Assembly: GCF_001194135.2 (NCBI RefSeq)
Contig: NC_068996.1
Coordinates: 20,532,279 to 20,585,453 of the forward strand
DNA length: 53,175 nucleotides
From: Octopus bimaculoides
Taxonomy: Eukaryota
Direction: 5' to 3'
Shown here: piece after piece, positions 48,237 through 53,175 of the stretch
How the letters are laid out: every line of letters begins with the position of its first letter
How positions within the stretch are numbered: the stretch's first letter is position 1
Position numbers and translations under genes: made by a program
Notes under the pieces: model-generated
Told to the model about the DNA's origin: nothing
What the model saw: the letters and a program-made list of their open reading frames with translations, nothing else
Database searches by the model: none

Positions 48237-48930
48237 TATCATCATTATTTAATGTCCACCTTCCATGCTGGCATGGGTGGGACGGTTTGACAGGAGCCAG
48301 CCAGGCAGAAGCCAGCACCAGACTTCTGTAACTGTTTTGGCAGGATTGTTACAACTGGATGCCCTTCCTAACACCAACCACTCAGCAGACTGAGCTCAGT
48401 GCTTTTTACATGGCACAAACACAGGTGAGGTCAATTTTGGCAAGGTTTTTACTGCTGAATGCCCTTCCAAACACCAACTATTCAGCAGCGTGGACTTAGT
48501 GCTTTTTACGTGACACAAGTACAGGCGAGGTTAGTTTTGACAAGGTTTTTACAGCTGGATGCCCTTCCAAACACCAATCACTTTACAGTGAGTGCTTTTA
48601 AATGGCACCTGCACTGACAGGGTCACTAAGTACTTGCAAGACAAAAAAACAAAACTTTTTTGAAATGGAGGGGGCATTGGAGGAGGTGACCTTGTGTCAG
48701 ATGATGGATGATGAAAGGTTATAGTGAGACAGAGAGACAGAAACAGGTGTTTTGCTGTAGAAGAGGTATAAGGTTACCCAGTTGGGGAGAGAGAGAGATC
48801 AGAAATGAAGATAGAAACAGGTGTGCTACCACAAAAGAAATACATGGTTACCCAACCTGAGGGAAGTGCAGAAGGAGAGAGAGTGGGAGACAACAGGATA
48901 GAGATGGTGGCAAAGTGCCAGGCATACTCA
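48237..48930 (-). mobile_element. Long RTE-tailed repeat with a triplicated terminal module
   Basis: Homologous to 32355-32870; three units of about 100 bp start near 48347, 48446 and 48546. Confidence 0.75.
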
Positions 48931-50339
48931 CAAGGAATGGGGATCAGCAAGAAGGAATAAACAACATTGTCAATATAACGATTCCATGCCAAGTTTAGGC
49001 TCAATTTAGTGCATTTTTTTGTTTTTTAGAAATATGTTCACTTAGTAATTACTTTGTACATTTCTTGAAATTCTGGCTCAAATGCAATATTTGAAGACTT
49101 GGATTTGTGTTCCATTTGACCTCTCACTGCATACGAATATGTCAGTCTGGCAAGTAGCATCAGTATACTACCCTCTTTACTGACTTTGTATTTTTTCACT
49201 ATATTGTGCCAGATTTAGCAATGACAATATTGAATCTGCAAGAAATTTGTTTCTTATGATATAAAAATCTTGAAGAAAATGTTTTTTCCTAAGTGAAAAT
49301 TTGTGATATATATATTTTGTAATGGTAATCTGACCTACCACCATCAATTTTTATATCAAAATAAAAACATGGAGTTACAGTGCTCCAATGCATTGAACTG
49401 GAATAAGAGCTACCATCCAACAGACCAAAAAAAAAAGAAGACAACTTTGTAAATGCGTGGAAATACCAGGGAGTACAAGGGATGCTGACATATGTAACGG
49501 TCAGATTTTGATTAAAACCATATGAGAAGAAAGTCCACATCCAGAACTTTCAAATGATGTATAATTTTCCATGGAGAAAATTTATTTTGACATGCAAATG
49601 ATAAAGCAATAAGTGTGTTTTTGTGTGTTCAAACTGTATTTGTCTTCCTTGTATGGTGTTCTAGTGATACTTATTTACAGTTGAATCCGAGAAATGATCT
49701 TTTTGTGTGAGACCACAGAAAAGATATTGGAGAGGTTTCAACTAATTTAATGTACAAAGCAGAAATGTGTGTGTATACTTTTATCTTTTACTTGTTTCAG
49801 ACATTAGGTTGTGGCCATGCTGCGGCACTGCCTGGTGCAGGTTTCAGCCTGGCTGGCTCTTGTGGTACTCTCCCACCTATGCTAGCATGGAACATGGATG
49901 TTAAATGATGATGATGATGATGATGCTGCTGCTGATGATCCACGGGTTCACAAAAATTGATTTACAAGAGAAAACTCACAATATAATCAGACACCATGAA
50001 TTACATTTCGAAAAGTGATGATGTAACTCTTCCATGTTGTAAAACAAAGAATTGTCAAGATAAAATATTAGAGTTAACGATTGTCAAACTTGGTGCATAA
50101 GAAAATCAGACATTTCATTCTTAATGACCAGATAATTTAATGTTAATATCCCAATAGCTGACCCTGTACTTGGTAAGGGCGGTCATTTGCCACTACTACT
50201 TTGAATCATCAGATTAAACAGTACTTTTAATACAGCATTCATCATTTGCATCACATACCCCATACTAGTGCAACCACCAGCCAATGCTTTCAACTTACAG
50301 CCACTGTTAGTTCATTTTTTTTCATTCAAGTCACCATCA

Positions 50340-50695
50340 TGTTTTATCTTTTACATGTTTCAGTTATTAGACTGCAGCCTTGCTGGGAAAATGCCTTGAA
50401 GAAATTTTCAGTTGAATGAATCAACCCCAGTAGTTACTTTTTCTTTTAAGCCTGGTACTCATTCTATTGGTCTTTTTTGCTGAACTGCTAAGTTACAGGC
50501 ATGTAAACACACCAACACCAGTTGTCAAGCAGTGATGGGCATGCACACACACAATGACCATCTATCAAATCAACTCACAAGGCTTTGGTTGGCCTGAGGC
50601 TATAGTAGAAGACACTTGCCCAAGGTTCCACACACTGGGACTGAACCCAGAACCATGTGGTTGGAAAGGAAACTTCTGACCATACAGCCACACAT
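50340..50695 (-). mobile_element. SINE family E
   Basis: Reverse complement is colinear with 12863-13215. Confidence 0.7.
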
Positions 50696-52964
50696 GCATC
50701 TACAATCAGTTGAATGTATTACCTCATTTCTGTTCCGGGTTCTATGATCAACCAAAAGTAATTTTAAATGTTACACTTCTACTACTGCTGCTACAAGTTT
50801 TGTATATCTCTGCCTTTTGCTGTCAATAGCAGGAACATTTTTTAAATTACTTCCCGACCTTTTATCATGAAAGTTACTATTCTTTTGTTACAACCACTTC
50901 CATCATTGTCACGACCTAATATCATTGTCCCACGTTGATATGGGACTGACAGAATCTGACAAGTCCAATGACTTTATTGTACTCCAGTGTCTATTCCGGT
51001 AGGTTTTTTTCTGGTTAGATGCCCTCCCTAATGCCAACCACTTTACATTGTGTACTGGATGCCACCAGCACTTGCTAGGTCACTGTGTAGCTTGAAAAAC
51101 TATGAACTTGAATGGTAAGGGGGGAACTTTATGCTGGGAGAATAAAGAGTAAAGAGGAATAATGTGAGAGAAAGGGCTGGAGCAGGTAAGGATGGAGTTG
51201 GAAAGTGATGTGGTGATGTGTCATCAGAGCAGACCTTCATTTAGTTATCTTTCCACCATTATGTTTACATTAAGTCACCATATGTCAATCTCTTCTCTCA
51301 ATTACTATCTCCCTTTCATTATACTGACCGTAAATCTGTCCACATTCAATTTTTCCCTTACCACTAACACAACATCTTTGTTATTAACCATCTCTCCCTC
51401 CAAACATTTCTCATTAGAACCTGTTATTTTCCTTCTCTTACAATCATCAATTTTCGTTACTATCTGTTACCTTAACCATTACTCTTCCTCATTACCACTC
51501 ATTGTTAACATACATCAATCTTTCTTTGTTTTCTACCAACCTATCTCATCCCTCGTTGCCATTTATGTTTATATCTAATCCTTTTTACCTCTGTCATCTT
51601 CTAACTCTGGTCCTCTTTCATCACTCAACTAGAAATAAGACAACTTTGTTCTGGCAAACGGACAAATATAAGGAAAGCGGTGAAGAAAAGATTCTTTCAC
51701 CTCACCAGGGGCAAGACAACTGCTTTAGTGCTGGTACCATGATAAAATGTACTCGGTACAATGGAACAAAATATCAAGTGGTTAGTGACAGGAAATTACT
51801 GTAGAAATTATGCCAAAAATGTAACATACAAGAAAGATGTGGTCCTCTGACATTTCTTGGATAGCAGTAACTCCAAATAATTAAAACAATCTGTGACAAC
51901 TCATATCAGCATAGAAAAACATATGTAAAATGATGAGTTCCAACTGTTAAATACTCCAGTACATCAAAACTCCTGGTTCTTTGTCAATTTATTACACATC
52001 TCACTGCGTCTTGTGTACTCATTGCCTGCACAGAGCACACAGTATGGAGTTATAGACAGGAAACAGGGCAACTGTGATTATCAGTTATTGGCTACCAATT
52101 AATTCTTTGGACTTTGTCATGTTAACCTTTTGAACTTTTGGGTTTATTAGAAAACTCTTGTGGATTCAGAACTTTATCTGTTGCTTTCCAGCAGATTACT
52201 CAATAAGAACAACATTAATATTCAATAATCAATGAGAACTAGGTGATCAATAATGAAATGCTGGTCAGAACATTGCATTTGCAATACTTTTGACCAAAAC
52301 TAGCTGGTTCTATTGATAGATAAATGGATTATAAAACCCTACCACCGATCTTTCTACACTTTCAGTTGTATTTAATAACTTTTAGCATAGAAAAATATTA
52401 ACATATAAAATCCTACATCAACTAAAAGAATTTTTGTTCAATGTTTTAATATTCAAAAGTTATTTTTTCAACCAAAAATGTTATTCAAAAATGTTCAAAT
52501 GAAATTTCAAAATAAATATAAAAATAACAAAACAAACATATATCTGTGAAATCATAATTTTTTTTTCTTTCAATAATTAAATTTATTTCCCATCCCTGAT
52601 AAGACATCTTTGGTAAAAACAATTCATCATTTATTCATCAGACAAAGAGAGTAACTGATCCTGATACTCTGTATAAAACCGTTGAAAACGAAGATTTGAC
52701 CCTATAATCGGCAGAATTTCTTCCAAGAGGTCTCGTTTTTTCAAACCCTAAAAGCAAAAGTTAATTCAAATTAGAAGGTTAATTAAAAAAATTAAATTAA
52801 ATTGAAACAACACATTTTAAATAAAATATATTTATAAATTATTCAATAAATATCTTTTGTTACGGTTTTGAATTTATCTTAAAAATTAAATTTTCAAAGA
52901 TTTTTTTTCTAAATTGATTTTACTAGACATAGATGTGATTAATTGAAATGGTAATGATGTTCCT

Positions 52965-53175
52965 TCATCATCATCGTTTAACGTCCGCTTTCCATGCTAG
53001 CATGGGTTGGACGATTTGACTGAGGACTGGTGAAACCGGATGGCAACACCAGGCTCCAGTCTGATTTGGCAGAGTTTCTACAGCTGGATGCCCTTCCTAA
53101 CGCCAACCACTCAGAGAGTGTAGTGGGTGCTTTTACGTGTCACCCGCACGAAAACGGCCACGCTCGAAATGGTGT
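52965..53175 (-). mobile_element. Family C RTE 3' end, runs off the window
   Basis: Near-identical to 37229-37450. Confidence 0.88.

Noticed and set aside
27670-53175. A second host gene downstream of ZDHHC
   Set aside because: I found no exon with recognisable protein homology on either strand; short or non-coding exons cannot be excluded by eye

Overview
Eukaryotic, AT-rich, repeat-dense genomic DNA from a draft assembly with five N gaps (1266-1552, 8720-9005, 12360-12788, 24387-24396, 34873-35144). The repeat families look like those I recall from Octopus genomes (inference, not verified). The only supportable host gene is the 3' part of a + strand DHHC palmitoyltransferase of the ZDHHC2/15/20 family. 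Eight coding exons (3892-27669) were read by hand with GT-AG sites and consistent phases. The first exons lie upstream of the window, and the 33-nt exon that should encode the catalytic DHHC motif is absent from the called bases, probably hidden in the 12360-12788 gap. The rest is introns and downstream DNA filled with RTE-clade LINE fragments, several tRNA-derived SINE families, hAT/mariner/pogo-type MITEs, a decayed Penelope-like element and microsatellites. The most notable items are two minimal hammerhead-ribozyme-like motifs (22384-22419 minus, canonical core; 32894-32929 plus, variant core), a 105-bp-arm foldback (43487-43718), the missing frame-symmetric DHHC exon, a candidate cassette exon (20606-20645) and an RTE fragment resembling crustacean elements. 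I found no evidence for a wholly new multi-gene system; almost all ORFs in the supplied track are repeat, microsatellite or gap artefacts.
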